64,000 bases of DNA from an uncultured delta proteobacterium. GTDB lineage: Bacteria > Desulfobacterota > Desulfuromonadia > Desulfuromonadales > JACZKF01. The notes under the pieces were generated by a model. That model was not told the DNA's origin. It worked only from the letters and a program-made list of their open reading frames with translations, and made no database searches. A program made the position numbers and the translations under genes. Within the stretch, counting starts at the first letter, position 1. Every line of letters starts with the position of its first letter. The DNA is taken from contig CAWFKQ010000016.1 in the NCBI GenBank assembly GCA_963816395.1, positions 1 through 64,000 on the forward strand, given 5' to 3'. Below are positions 40,933 to 51,462 of this stretch, in pieces.

Positions 40933-42018
40933 CCATATTTGTACTCCGCGGCGCACGTCCCCTCGCTGGACACCATACAGGCGCCGACCGGGTCCTCGGG
41001 GGTGCAGACCTTGCGGAAGAGGGGGCACTGCCGGGGAGCGACCTTGCCCTTGAGGATCTCGCCGCACAGGCAGCCGGCGTGCTCCTGCGGCGCCTCCACC
41101 GCTACCGGCAGCTGCCTGGCGGCGTCGAAGGCGCCGTAGGCCGCCCGGATCTTCAGGCCGCTGCCGGGGATGACGCCGATGCCGCGCCAGCGGGCCTCGG
41201 CCGGTTCGAAGACCTCATAGAGGATTTCCCGGGCCTTGGGATTGCCGTTCCGCTTGACGATCCGGCTGTACTGGTTCTCGACCCTCGCCTCGCCGGCGAC
41301 CACCTGCCGGGCCAGCATCTCCACCCCCTGCAGCATGTCCAGGGGCTCGAAACCGGTGACCACGCAGGGAACCCTGTGCTCCCGGGCGAGCGGCTCGTAC
41401 GCCTCGGAACCGATGATGGCGGAGACGTGGGCCGGACAGATGTAGCCGTCGACCTTCAGGTCCGGGTCGGCGCTGAGGGCGGCCATGGGGGCGGGCATCG
41501 TCTTGTGCGAGGCGAGGACGAAGTAGTTGCTCAATAGGAGGTGTTTCGCCTGGAGGATGGAGCCGGCGATGGTGGGGGTGGTGGTTTCGAACCCGACGCC
41601 GAGGAAGACCACCTGCTTCTGCGGGTTTTTCTGGGCGACAGCCACCGCATCGAGGGGTGAATAGACGATGCGCACGTCGGCGCCCCGGGCTTTCTCCCGC
41701 TGCAGGCTGCTGCTGGAGCCGGGAACCCGCACCATGTCGCCGAAGGTGGTGATGACCGTATTCGGCCGGCGGGCCAGGGCCACGGCATGGTCGACATAGT
41801 CGACGGGAGTGACGCACACCGGGCAGCCGGGGCCGGAGATCAGGCGGATCTTCTCCGGCAGCAGGGCGCGGATGCCGTGCTGATAGATGGCCATGGTGTG
41901 CGTGCCGCAGACTTCCATCAGGGTCATGGTGCCATGCATAGCCGGCCACCGCCTGCCGGATGGACTCCAGCAGCCGTCCGGCGACCCGGGGATCGCGGAA
42001 CTCGACGGCGTATTTCAT
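40926..42018 (-). CDS. hypD: Hydrogenase maturation protein HypD (frameshift near 41940)
   Basis: MEVCGTHT, GPGCPVCVT, GFETT, ACMVSSEGTC. Confidence 0.95.
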
Positions 42019-42245
42019 TCCGGCCCCAGCCCCTGGTCGAGCAGCTGGCGGAACAGCCGCAGGGTCTCCGCGGCATCCTCCTCGTCCAGTTTTTCGATGG
42101 CGAAACCGGCATGGATGAGGACGAAATCCCCCACTCCCACCCCGTCCACCATCATCAGGCTGGCTTCCCGCCGCACCCCGTCGATCTCACAGATGGCGAC
42201 CTCGCCGTCGATGCTCTTGACCTGCATGGGAACGCCCAGGCACAT
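42015..42245 (-). CDS. hypC: Hydrogenase chaperone HypC
   Basis: MCLGVP...VLIHAGFAI. Confidence 0.95.
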   Translation of the reverse strand: MCLGVPMQVKSIDGEVAICEIDGVRREASLMMVDGVGVGDFVLIHAGFAIEKLDEEDAAETLRLFRQLLDQGLGPE

Positions 42246-42375
42246 GTTGAAAACTCCTTGAAAGCAGGGACGCGCAAGCGCGGGACGCGGAGAGCTTGCG
42301 ATTATTTCGCGTGCCGCACTGCCGCGCCCCGCGTTCCGGGTTCTCTCCACCCCCTCCTCCAGCCACCCGTACCAC

Positions 42376-43083
42376 TTACTCCATCCCCGCGCCGGTGAGG
42401 GCGGAGACTTCGAGGATGCGCACGTTCGGATTGACCTGGCGGGCGAGGGCCTTGCACTTCTCCAGGTCGAAGCGCAGGTGCGGCAGCAGGTCGATCTTGT
42501 TGAGCAGCAACAGGTCGGCGGCGCGGAACATGTGGGGGTACTTGAGCGGCTTGTCTTCCCCCTCGGTGACGGAAAGGACGGCCACCTTGTGGTCCTCGCC
42601 AAGGTCGAAGGAGGCCGGGCAGACCAGGTTGCCGACGTTCTCGATCAGCAGCGCATCGGTCGCCGCCAGATCGAAGGCCTCCACGCCGTGCCCCACCATG
42701 TGCGCATCGAGATGGCAGCCGGCGCCGGTGTTGATCTGCTTTACCGGCACCCCGGTGGCGGCAATGCGATCGGCGTCGTTGCTCGTCTGCTGGTCCCCCT
42801 CGAGGACGGCAAAGCGCAACCGGCCGCGCAGGTCGGCCAGGGTGCGCTCCAGGAGAGAGGTTTTGCCGGAACCGGGGGAACTCACCAGGTTGAGAACGAA
42901 TACCTGCTGCCGGCGGAACAGGGCGCGGTTGCCGGCCGCCAGGCGGTTATTCTTCGCCAGCAGGTCCTCCTCGATGCGCAGGGTTCTGGCCGGAGACCCG
43001 TGGGAATGGTCATGCCCGTGCTCGTGATCATGATCGTGATGAAGATGGGCGTCGGGCTCGGCGCAGCCGCATTCGGTACACAT
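42376..43083 (-). CDS. hypB: Nickel-insertion GTPase HypB (3' end probably frameshifted)
   Basis: MCTECGC, His-rich tract, [18 protein letters not shown]. Confidence 0.95.
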   Translation of the reverse strand: MCTECGCAEPDAHLHHDHDHEHGHDHSHGSPARTLRIEEDLLAKNNRLAAGNRALFRRQQVFVLNLVSSPGSGKTSLLERTLADLRGRLRFAVLEGDQQTSNDADRIAATGVPVKQINTGAGCHLDAHMVGHGVEAFDLAATDALLIENVGNLVCPASFDLGEDHKVAVLSVTEGEDKPLKYPHMFRAADLLLLNKIDLLPHLRFDLEKCKALARQVNPNVRILEVSALTGAGME

Positions 43084-43084
43084 A

Positions 43085-43426
43085 TTATTCGACCTCCAGC
43101 TCGATAATGCGCAGTTCGTCCCCTTGCAGGCGCTCCAGGGCGAAGCCGCCGCAGGCGGGGCAGGCGAAGGTATACGGGGCGAGCGCGGATTCGGTGCCGC
43201 AGTCGCCGCATCGGCCCCGTCCCGGAATAGTTTCGATGATCAACCGGGCGCCGTCCAGGAAGGTTCCCCGGGTGCAGGCTTCGAAACAGAATTCGACGGC
43301 ATCGGCGACCACCCCCGAGAGTTCGCCGATCGCCACGCTGACCGAGAGCACCCGGGCGGCGCCCTGCTCCCGGGCATGGTGCTCGGCGATCTCGACGATA
43401 CTCTGGGTGATTCCGACTTCGTGCAA
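43085..43426 (-). CDS. hypA: Nickel chaperone HypA
   Basis: (M)HEVGI from a TTG start, CGDC and CPAC, 113 aa. Confidence 0.92.
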   Translation of the reverse strand: MHEVGITQSIVEIAEHHAREQGAARVLSVSVAIGELSGVVADAVEFCFEACTRGTFLDGARLIIETIPGRGRCGDCGTESALAPYTFACPACGGFALERLQGDELRIIELEVE

Positions 43427-43656
43427 AACAACCCCGACGGGAAACATGGTTGAGGTGCTTTCGTTTATGAATTATGCCCGAGTTTAGGGGGAACGCAGAA
43501 AAAAAAGCAAGGCGGAAAAAGTGTCCGTGGCGTATACGTTTTCGAGCCGCGGGGTCGCGGCAAAATGAATTTGCCGCGAAGGCCTCTAATCTGGTAAAAC
43601 AGCATTTGAACTGTTTTGCCGGCATCCGAAAGATGGCGCGCGGAGCAGGCAAGGCG

Positions 43657-45020
43657 ATGGAGCCGGGACGAATTTACATCTGCGACAATCAGCTGGAAAT
43701 GCAGCAGTATCCTGCAGCCAGATGCTACCTCGCGGGGGCACGCGGTGGAGGTGTTCGCCAGCGGCGGCCAGCTGCTCAAGGCCATGGAGGTGCAACGGGA
43801 GGAGCGTCCCGACCTGGTTCTGCTCGACTGCGGGCTCCCCGGCCCCGGCGGCCTGGAGGTGCTGCGGCGGCTGCGGACGGTGCGGCCGGAGATTGCGGTG
43901 GTCATGATGAGCGGCTTCGCCACCGTGCGCGGGGCGGTGGAGGCGATGAAGCAGGGAGCCTCCGATTACCTGATCAAGCCCTTCTTCGCCGATGAGCTTC
44001 TCGCTCTGGTGGACAAGGTGGTGGAACGCAACCGCCTGCTGGAGGAGAACCGTTCGCTCAAGGCGGAGATCCGCCGCCGCTTCGATCCCGACCAGGTGAT
44101 CTTCAGCAGCGCCGCCTTCCGGCGGGTTTTTGAACTGGCGCAGAAGGTGGCCCCGAGCGATGCCGGGGTGCTGATCCTGGGGGAGAGCGGCACCGGCAAG
44201 GAGCTGATCGCCTCCACCATCCACTACGCCAGCCGCCGGCGGGAAGATCGCTTCCTCACCATCAACTGCGCCGCCCTCACGGAGACCCTGCTGGAGAGTC
44301 AGCTGTTCGGGCATGTGAAGGGCGCCTTTACCGGCGCCGTCGCCAGCCAGCGGGGCCTGGTCGAGGAGGCGCATCGGGGGACACTGTTTCTCGACGAAGT
44401 CGGCGACCTCAGCCCCGGGCTGCAGGCCAAGCTGCTGCGGGTGCTGCAGGAGGGCGAGTTTCTGCCGGTCGGCTCGACCCGGGTGCGGCACGCCGATGTG
44501 CGCTTCCTGGCCGCCACCAACAAGGACCTGGAGCGGGAGGTGGCGGCGGGCCGTTTTCGCGAGGACCTCTTCTACCGCCTGAATGTGGTCACCCTCCGCG
44601 TCCCGGCGCTGCGTGAGCGACGGGAGGATATCGCGCCGCTCGCCGAATTCTTTCTCGCCCGTTTATCCCTGCGCGGCGACCAGCGCATTGCCCCGGAAGC
44701 CCTGGCCCGGCTGCAGGCCTATGACTGGCCGGGGAATGTGCGCGAGCTGGAAAACGTCATGGAGATGGCGGTCGATCCTTGCCGATGGGCAGAACATCGC
44801 GCCGGAACATCTGCCGGTGAAGGTGACGAGCGGCCGGCCGGTCGGCTTCGCCCTCCCCCAGGGGCCGCTGTCGCTGGACGAGGTCGAGCGGCTCTATATC
44901 GAACAGGTCTTCAGCCAGACCGGCCGGCACAAGGTCAGAACCGCCGGGATCCTGAAAATCTCCCGCAAGACCCTCGACCGCAAGCTGGCCCAGTACGGAA
45001 TCGGTAAGGGGGCGGAATGA
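43657..45020 (+). CDS. Sigma-54-dependent response regulator (frameshifts near 43710 and 44770)
   Basis: REC domain, [35 protein letters not shown]. Confidence 0.88.
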
Positions 45021-45090
45021 TCAGCGGCCGCCTGCGCCTCCCTTTCGCCGGCTGGCGCCGGCGCTGCCCGCCGGGCATTGAGAGGCGCAG

Positions 45091-46976
45091 ATGCCGTTCC
45101 GGGAAGAGAGCGAAAAGGGAGCAACCGGTATCTGGCGGCCCATGCGCCGGCTGGAGATCGATCGCTTCGCCCGCTCCCTGGCCGCCACTTGCGAGGTGCT
45201 GGGGGTGCAGGAGAAGCGCGGGCGGCTGATCCGCGAGCGGCTGGAAGACCCCGCCGACCTGCTCCTCGACTTTCCGCCGCGGGTCCACTCGCCGAAGAAA
45301 TTCCTCTTCCCCAACTGGGAGAAGCTCTTCCGCTTCCGCCTCGGCGGCCGGGTGCTGCTCGAAGCGGAAAAGGCCGCCGTGCCGCGGGTCATCTTCGGCA
45401 TGCATCCCTGCGACCTGCATGCCGCTGCAGGTGCTGGACGACTGCCTGTTCGACGGGGAGGCGGACAGCGCCTACCGGGCCAAGCGGGAAGCGACGGTGC
45501 TCATCGGGGTCGACTGCACCCCGGACGAGCACTGCTTCTGTACCAGCATGGGCACCGACCGGGCGGCGAGCGGCTTCGACCTCTTTCTCCACCGCGTCGA
45601 CGGCGACTACCTGGTGCAGACCGGCAGCGAGCGCGGCGAGGCGCTGCTGGCCCGCCATGCGCCGGCGACGGCGGCGCTCCCCGGGGAGCCGCCGCTGCCG
45701 CTGCAGGTCAAGCAGTGCAGCCGCAGTCTGCAGTTTCCGGCGGAATCTCTGGCACCCCTGCTGGAGCAGGTCTACGATCACCCGCTGTGGAAGGAAATCG
45801 GCGATCTCTGCCTGGGCTGCGGCGCCTGTACCCTGCTCTGTCCGTCCTGCTACTGCTTCAACGTCCAGGACCGCCTCGATCTCAACCTGCAGGGCGGAGA
45901 GCGGATGCGGACCTGGGATTCCTGCCAGTTCGACCAGTTCACCCGGGTCTCCGGCGGCGGCGATTTCCGCGCCGATCAGGCCGATCGCCAGCGGCACCGG
46001 TTCTTCCGCAAGTACAAGTACCTCTGGGAGAAACACCAGCGCACCGCCTGCGTCGGCTGCGGCCGCTGCAGCCGGGAGTGCCTGAGCGGCATCGACGCCC
46101 CGACCGTGCTCAACCGCCTCTTCGCCGGGCAGCCGGACCCGGCCGAGATGGCCGTGCCGGGCGCCGAGTACCGGCCGCAACTGGCCGAGATCGTCGCCGT
46201 GGAGCAGCTCACCGACCGCGAAAAGCTCTTTCGCCTGCGCCTGCCGCAGGCGCTCGCCTTCGCCCCCGGGACCTTCATGGAAGTCTCCGTCTTCGGCCTC
46301 GGGGAGGCTCCCTTCACCATCGCCTCGGCCCTGCACGAGGATCGCCAGATCGACATCGTGGTGCGGGCCGCCGGCGCCCTGACCCAGGCCCTGCACCGGC
46401 TGCAGGCCGGCGACACGGTGGGGGTGCGCGGCCCCTTCGGCAGCGGCTTCCCCCTCGATCGCTTCCTCGGCCGCGACATCCTGCTGGTCGCCGGCGGTCT
46501 CGGCCTGATCACCCTGCGCTCCCTGCTGCTGACCATTCTCGACCGGCGCGGCGAATTCGGCCGGGTGACCCTTCTCTACGGCGCCCGCGACGTTCCCCAG
46601 CTGCTCTTCCGCAAGGACCTGCTGGCCTGGCACCAGGGCGGCGAAATCGACTGCCGCTTCGTGGTCGGCAATCCGCAGAACGGCTGGGGCCTTGCCAGCC
46701 GGCGACATCACCTGTCTGTTCAAGGATCTCGACATCGCCCCGGCGCGCACGGTGGCTGCCGTTTCCGGCCCGGCCGCCATGTACCGCTTCACCAATCCCC
46801 TGCTTTTCCGTCTCGGCTTCGCCGAGGAGAACCTTTTCCTCAACCTCGAGCGGCACATGAAATGCGGCCTGGGCAAATGCGGCAAATGCCGGATCAACGA
46901 CATCTGCGTCTGCGAATGCGGGCCGATTTTCCCCTACAGCCGGATCAAGCACCTGCGGGAGGCGATCGAGCGATGA
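45091..46976 (+). CDS. Group 3b-type hydrogenase beta (4Fe-4S) + gamma (FAD/NAD) subunits, apparently fused (frameshifts near 45420 and 46690)
   Basis: CLGCGACTLLCPSCYCF, CVGCGRCSREC, then RGPFG, AGGLG, RHMKCGLGKCGKC. Confidence 0.82.
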
Positions 46977-47710
46977 AACCGCGCATCGGATTTTTCGACT
47001 TCACCGGCTGCGAGGGGTGCCAGATGACCGTCCTCAACCTCGAGGACCGCTTCCTCGACCTGCTCGAACTGGTGGAGATCGTCGAGTTCCGCGCGGCGTT
47101 CTCCGGCCCGCCCGAGACCCTGGATATCGCCTTCGTCGAAGGGAGCATCTGCCGGCCGGAGGAAGCGGCGCGGCTGCGGGACATCCGCGCCCGGTCCCGC
47201 CTGCTGGTGGCGCTCGGCGCCTGTGCCGATACCGCCGGGGTGAACGCCCTGGTCCGGTGCCGCGACCCGCGCGAGCTGCGCCGGGAGGTTTACGGCGGCG
47301 AGGCGCCGCACCTCCTGACGGAGGCGCCCGCGGCCGCTTTCGGAGGTGGTCGCCGTCGACCACCGGCTGCCCGGCTGCCCGATCGACGGCGAGGAATTCC
47401 TGGCCGTCCTGCAGGCCCTGCTGGTGGGACGCGATCCCGAACTGCCCGGCTTCGCCGTCTGCGTCGAGTGCAAGCTGGCCGAACTCCCCTGCACCTTCGA
47501 GGTGGGGATTGCCTGTCTCGGGCCGGTCACCCGGGCCGGCTGCGGCGCCCTCTGCCTGCAGGGGGGGACCGCTGCCGGGGGTGCCGGGGGCAGATCGACA
47601 ACCCGCGCTCCGGGCCGTACTATCGCATTCTCGAGGAAAACGGCCTGACCGAGGAGGATATCCTGCAGGAACTGCGCACCTTCAACCTCCTCGGCAGGGG
47701 GGAGCGATGA
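46973..47710 (+). CDS. [NiFe]-hydrogenase small (delta) subunit (frameshifts)
   Basis: GCEGCQ, VEGS, LGACA, LPGCP, CLGPVTRAGC, CRGCRG. Confidence 0.88.
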   Translation: MKPRIGFFDFTGCEGCQMTVLNLEDRFLDLLELVEIVEFRAAFSGPPETLDIAFVEGSICRPEEAARLRDIRARSRLLVALGACADTAGVNALVRCRDPRELRREVYGGEAPHLLTEAPAAAFGGGRRRPPAARLPDRRRGIPGRPAGPAGGTRSRTARLRRLRRVQAGRTPLHLRGGDCLSRAGHPGRLRRPLPAGGDRCRGCRGQIDNPRSGPYYRILEENGLTEEDILQELRTFNLLGRGER

Positions 47711-49008
47711 GGATCGAGGTCCGGCACCTGGCGCGTATCGAGGGGCATGCCCACCTGGTGGTGGATGCCGCCCACGGCGAGCTTCGGGAGTGCCGCCTGG
47801 AGGTGGTGGAGACCCCCCGCTTCTTCGAGGGGATCCTCCAGGGGCGGCACTGGCGCGATGTCGCCCCGATCGCCGCCCGCATCTGCGGCGTCTGCTCCAA
47901 TGCCCACACCCTGGTCTCCCTGCTGGCGACCGAGGCCGCCCTGGGGATCGAGGTCAGCGAACAGACCCGCCTGCTGCGGCGCCTGCTCGCCCAGGCGGAG
48001 ATTCTGCAGAGCCATCTGCTGCAGCTCTATTTTTTCGCCGTCCCCGACTATCTCGGCGTGGGGAGCATCTTCCCGCTGGCCAAGAGCCGGCGCGACCTGG
48101 TCGCCCGCGCCCTGCGCCTGAAGAAGCTGGCGAACGACATCTGCCTGGTGGTCGGCGGCCGCCCGGTGCACCCGGTGACGCCGGCCGTCGGCGGCTTTGC
48201 CGCCCTGCCGGAACCGGCCGCTCTGCAGGAGCTGCGCCGGCGCCTGGTGGCGGCCCTGCCCGATCTGGAGGCGACCGTCGACCTCTTCCTCACCTTCGAT
48301 TTTCCCGAGTTTTCGCGGGAGACCGAGTACCTCTGTCTGCGCGGCGAGGGCTATCCGCTGTTCGGCGCCGACCTGGTCTCCACCGACGGACTCGCCGTCC
48401 CGGTGGCCGACTACGCGACGGCGATCACCGAATACCTGCCCCCCCATTCGACGGCTAAATTCGCCCGCGCCGGCCGGGACAGCTTCATGGTCGGCCCGCT
48501 CGCCCGGGTGCGCAACGCCTTCACCGAGCTCTCGCCGATGGCCCGCACCGTGGCAGCGGCGGTCGGGCTGGCGCCGGATACGGCCAATCCCTACCGCAAC
48601 CTGCTGGCCCGCCTGGTGGAAACGGCGCATGGGGTGGAGGAGTCGATCCACGGCCTCGACCGCCTTCTCACTGCCGGCCTGAAGCGGGAGTCGCTGCCGC
48701 AGCCGGGCGGCGGCGGCGCCGGCACGGCGGCGATCGAGGCGCCGCGCGGCACCCTGTTCCATTCCTACGTCTACGACGAACAGGGGCGGCTCGAACGGGC
48801 CGACTGCCTGATCCCCACCGCCCAGAACCTGGGGAACATCGAGGCCGATCTGCGCGCCCTGGTCCCCGCCCTGCTGCACCTGCCGCAGGAGGAATTCACC
48901 CGCCGCCTGGAGATGCTGGTGCGCGCCTACGATCCGTGCATCAGCTGTTCGACGCACCTGGTGAAGGTTTCCTTCACTGAAGGGAACCTTCACCAGGTGC
49001 AATTTTAA
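47707..49008 (+). CDS. [NiFe]-hydrogenase large (alpha) subunit, group 3b-like
   Basis: RIEGH, PRFFE, RICGVC, DPCISCSTH plus a cleavable tail. Confidence 0.93.
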   Translation: MRIEVRHLARIEGHAHLVVDAAHGELRECRLEVVETPRFFEGILQGRHWRDVAPIAARICGVCSNAHTLVSLLATEAALGIEVSEQTRLLRRLLAQAEILQSHLLQLYFFAVPDYLGVGSIFPLAKSRRDLVARALRLKKLANDICLVVGGRPVHPVTPAVGGFAALPEPAALQELRRRLVAALPDLEATVDLFLTFDFPEFSRETEYLCLRGEGYPLFGADLVSTDGLAVPVADYATAITEYLPPHSTAKFARAGRDSFMVGPLARVRNAFTELSPMARTVAAAVGLAPDTANPYRNLLARLVETAHGVEESIHGLDRLLTAGLKRESLPQPGGGGAGTAAIEAPRGTLFHSYVYDEQGRLERADCLIPTAQNLGNIEADLRALVPALLHLPQEEFTRRLEMLVRAYDPCISCSTHLVKVSFTEGNLHQVQF

Positions 49009-49065
49009 ATTTTGCATTATGAATTTTAAATTGAATTCAAAATACAACATTCAAAATTCGAAATT
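49001..49065. repeat. AT-rich degenerate heptamer repeats in inverted arrangement
   Basis: AATTTTAAATTTTGCATTATGAATTTTAAATT ... AATTCAAAATACAACATTCAAAATTCGAAATT. Confidence 0.75.
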
Positions 49066-49525
49066 GAGAATCATAGGTTTGGGCAACCCGCTGATGGGGG
49101 ACGACGGCGCCGGCATCGCCGCCGTCGAGCGGCTCGCCTCCCTGCCGCTGCCGGCCGGCGTGGAGGTGGTCGACGGCGGCACCGGCGGCCTCACCCTGCT
49201 CGACCTGATGCCGGCGCGCAGCGCGTCATCCTCATCGACGCCGTCGCCATGGGGCGGCCGCCCGGCACGGTGGTCCGTTTCGACGCCGGCGCGGTGACCG
49301 GGGGGAAGCAGAGGCGGATTTTCCCCGCACGCCGCCGGGCTGCCGCAGGTTTTCGCCCTGGGCCGGGAGATGGGGCTGCTGCCGCCGGAGATCGACATCT
49401 TCGGCATCGAGCCGGCCGCGGTCGAACGGCGCCTGGGGCTGTCGCCGGCCGTGGAGGCGGCGGTGGAAGAGGTGGTGGCCAGGGTTTTGGCGGAGGTTGC
49501 CAGGCTTGAGCGCCCGGCCGAGTAA
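49019..49525 (+). CDS. Hydrogenase maturation protease (frameshifts)
   Basis: IIGLGNPLMGDDGAG, VDGGT, ILIDAV, FGIEP across frames. Confidence 0.85.
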
Positions 49526-49676
49526 GCGGTCCGGTTTCGGCCGGACAGCTTGCCCCCCCAACCACCTTCCCCCTTGGCCTGGGCGTCACCTTGGCCCTCT
49601 GTCGGAAGTGGAATGAAAAAGGGGGGAAAATCGTCACCGCCGGTTGCCGGATGGCGTTTTCCCAGGTCCAAGATTT

Positions 49677-49740
49677 AGGTTCAAGGCTCAAGGCTCAGAT
49701 TCAAGGCCAGCCTTCAGCCGCTTACCGCTTACCGCTCACC
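49677..49740. repeat. Short heptamer repeats (AGGCTCA / CCGCTTA)
   Basis: aggttcaaggctcaaggctca ... ccgcttaccgcttaccgctca. Confidence 0.7.
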
Positions 49741-49746
49741 TCATTT

Positions 49747-49762
49747 AGGCACCCCTTTTGCA
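49747..49762 (+). promoter_or_regulatory. Sigma-54 promoter
   Basis: AGGCAC-N5-TTGCA upstream of the FlhG-like gene. Confidence 0.65.
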
Positions 49763-49846
49763 CATTATTAACAATTTATTGAATTCCCGGAGGATCTCGT
49801 GGGCCTGGGGTTCCCCGGGAGATGCCGGCTGCAGGGAGGATAAATA

Positions 49847-50779
49847 GTGCAGACAGCGGGTGCGCCGGCAAGTCAGCCGCGGATCTGGGCGGTGGGCGGC
49901 GGCAAGGGCGGGGTCGGCAAATCGGTGCTGACTTCCAGCCTGGCGATCGCCGCGGCGCGGCGGGGGCGCCGCTGTGTCCTGGTCGATGCCGACCTGGGCG
50001 GCGCCAATCTGCATACCCTGCTGGGCCTGACCTCCCCCCGGACCACCCTGGCCGATCTTTTCCGCCGGCAGGCCGCCGGCTTGCGGGAGATCCTGCTCCC
50101 CACCGCCGTTCCCAACCTGCAGCTGGTCAGCGGCGCCGGCGCCCTGGTCGACATGGCCAACCCGCACCACGCGCAGAAGATGAAGATCATCCGCCAGCTC
50201 TTCACCCTGGAGGCGGATGAGATCTTCCTCGATCTGGGGGCGGGATCCTCCTTCACCGTCCTCGATTTTTTCCTCGCCGCCCGGGAGGCGATCGTCGTGG
50301 TGGTGCCGACACCCACTTCCATCGAGAACGCCTACCATTTTCTCAAGGCGGTCTTTTTCCGCCGCCTGAAGCAGGCCCTCGGCCAGGCCGGAGCACTGCG
50401 TCTGGCCAGCCGGGCCATGGAGGAGAAGCTGGCCCGCGGCATTCGCACCCCCCGCGACCTGGTGGCTGATATCCGGCGCTCCCACCCGGCGGCCGGGGCA
50501 GCGATAGCGGCGGCGATCCGGGATCTGGCGCCCCGCCTGGTGGTCAATCAGGTGCGGCGGGAGGAGGAGATGCAGTTGGCAGCGCAGATGACCGAGGCCT
50601 GCCGGGACTTCTTCGGCCTGGAGGTCACCTGCCTGGGGGGAATCCGCCATGATGACAAGGTCCTGAGTGCCATACAGATGCGGCGTCCGGTCCAGCTGGC
50701 GTTTCCCCAATGCGCTTTTGCCGCGGCGGTCGACGGCCTGGTCGACCGCCTGCTGGACAGCCAAGGAGGAATGCCATGA
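49847..50779 (+). CDS. FlhG/MinD-family P-loop ATPase
   Basis: GGGKGGVGKS, DADLGGANL, DLGAG, PTSIENAY. Confidence 0.88.
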   Translation: MQTAGAPASQPRIWAVGGGKGGVGKSVLTSSLAIAAARRGRRCVLVDADLGGANLHTLLGLTSPRTTLADLFRRQAAGLREILLPTAVPNLQLVSGAGALVDMANPHHAQKMKIIRQLFTLEADEIFLDLGAGSSFTVLDFFLAAREAIVVVVPTPTSIENAYHFLKAVFFRRLKQALGQAGALRLASRAMEEKLARGIRTPRDLVADIRRSHPAAGAAIAAAIRDLAPRLVVNQVRREEEMQLAAQMTEACRDFFGLEVTCLGGIRHDDKVLSAIQMRRPVQLAFPQCAFAAAVDGLVDRLLDSQGGMP

Positions 50780-51297
50780 GCGAATCGACCCTGGCCGAGG
50801 ATTACCGCTGCCTGGACCTGGAGCCCGATGCCACGCCCCTGCAGGTGGAGCGGGCCTTTCGCCGCAAGCTGGCCTTGTATTCCGGGGAGGCCCTGGCAAC
50901 CTATGCCCTGTTCGACGAAGCCGGGCGCCGGGCGCAGCTGTCACGTCTGGAAGAGGCCCACCGGCGGATCTGTGCTGAACAGGTCACGGCAGGCGCACCG
51001 CGGCCGGCGCCGGCGGTCGAGAAAGCGTCGTCTCCCGAGCTCGCTGACGCCCCCGGCCGTTTCCTGCAGGCCCGGCGGGAAACGGTCGGACTGACCGTGA
51101 AGGAGGTGGCCGGCCGCACCAAGATCAGCCCGATGAAGCTCCTCCAGATCGAGGAGGAGCGCTTCGAGCTGCTGCCGGCCCCGGTTTACCTGCGCGGCTT
51201 CATTCTCGCCTATGCCCGCGCCGTCGGCCTGCCCGACCCCAGGGAGGCGGCGCACGTCTACCTGGAGCATTACCGGCAGCGGGTGGCCGAAGCCTGA
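50776..51297 (+). CDS. DnaJ-like N-terminus plus RodZ-type HTH protein
   Basis: YRCLDLEPDATPLQVERAF; LPAPVYLRGFILAYARAVGL. Confidence 0.8.
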   Translation: MSESTLAEDYRCLDLEPDATPLQVERAFRRKLALYSGEALATYALFDEAGRRAQLSRLEEAHRRICAEQVTAGAPRPAPAVEKASSPELADAPGRFLQARRETVGLTVKEVAGRTKISPMKLLQIEEERFELLPAPVYLRGFILAYARAVGLPDPREAAHVYLEHYRQRVAEA

Positions 51298-51462
51298 GCC
51301 GCTCCTTCCACCGCTGTTCCTCCCAGCCTTTTCCCTTCCAGGGAGCGTGGTTTTCCCTTACCGCAAATCGGGTCTGCTGCCCAGAGAGCGCAAACTCTTG
51401 TCTTTTCGTCCGTCCTGCCGGTAAAATGCGGGCAGAAACCCGCCGTCCCCCAGGATTCCACC

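Noticed and set aside
42015..42602. Apparent long HypC or HypB-HypC fusion
   Set aside because: HypC needs an N-terminal MC, found at 42245 with an RBS; the upstream open frame is repeat sequence plus a probable indel.
45419..47710. 763-aa ORF joining the gamma and delta hydrogenase subunits
   Set aside because: Caused by a frameshift near 46690; the gamma C-terminus ends at 46976 and delta starts at 46973.
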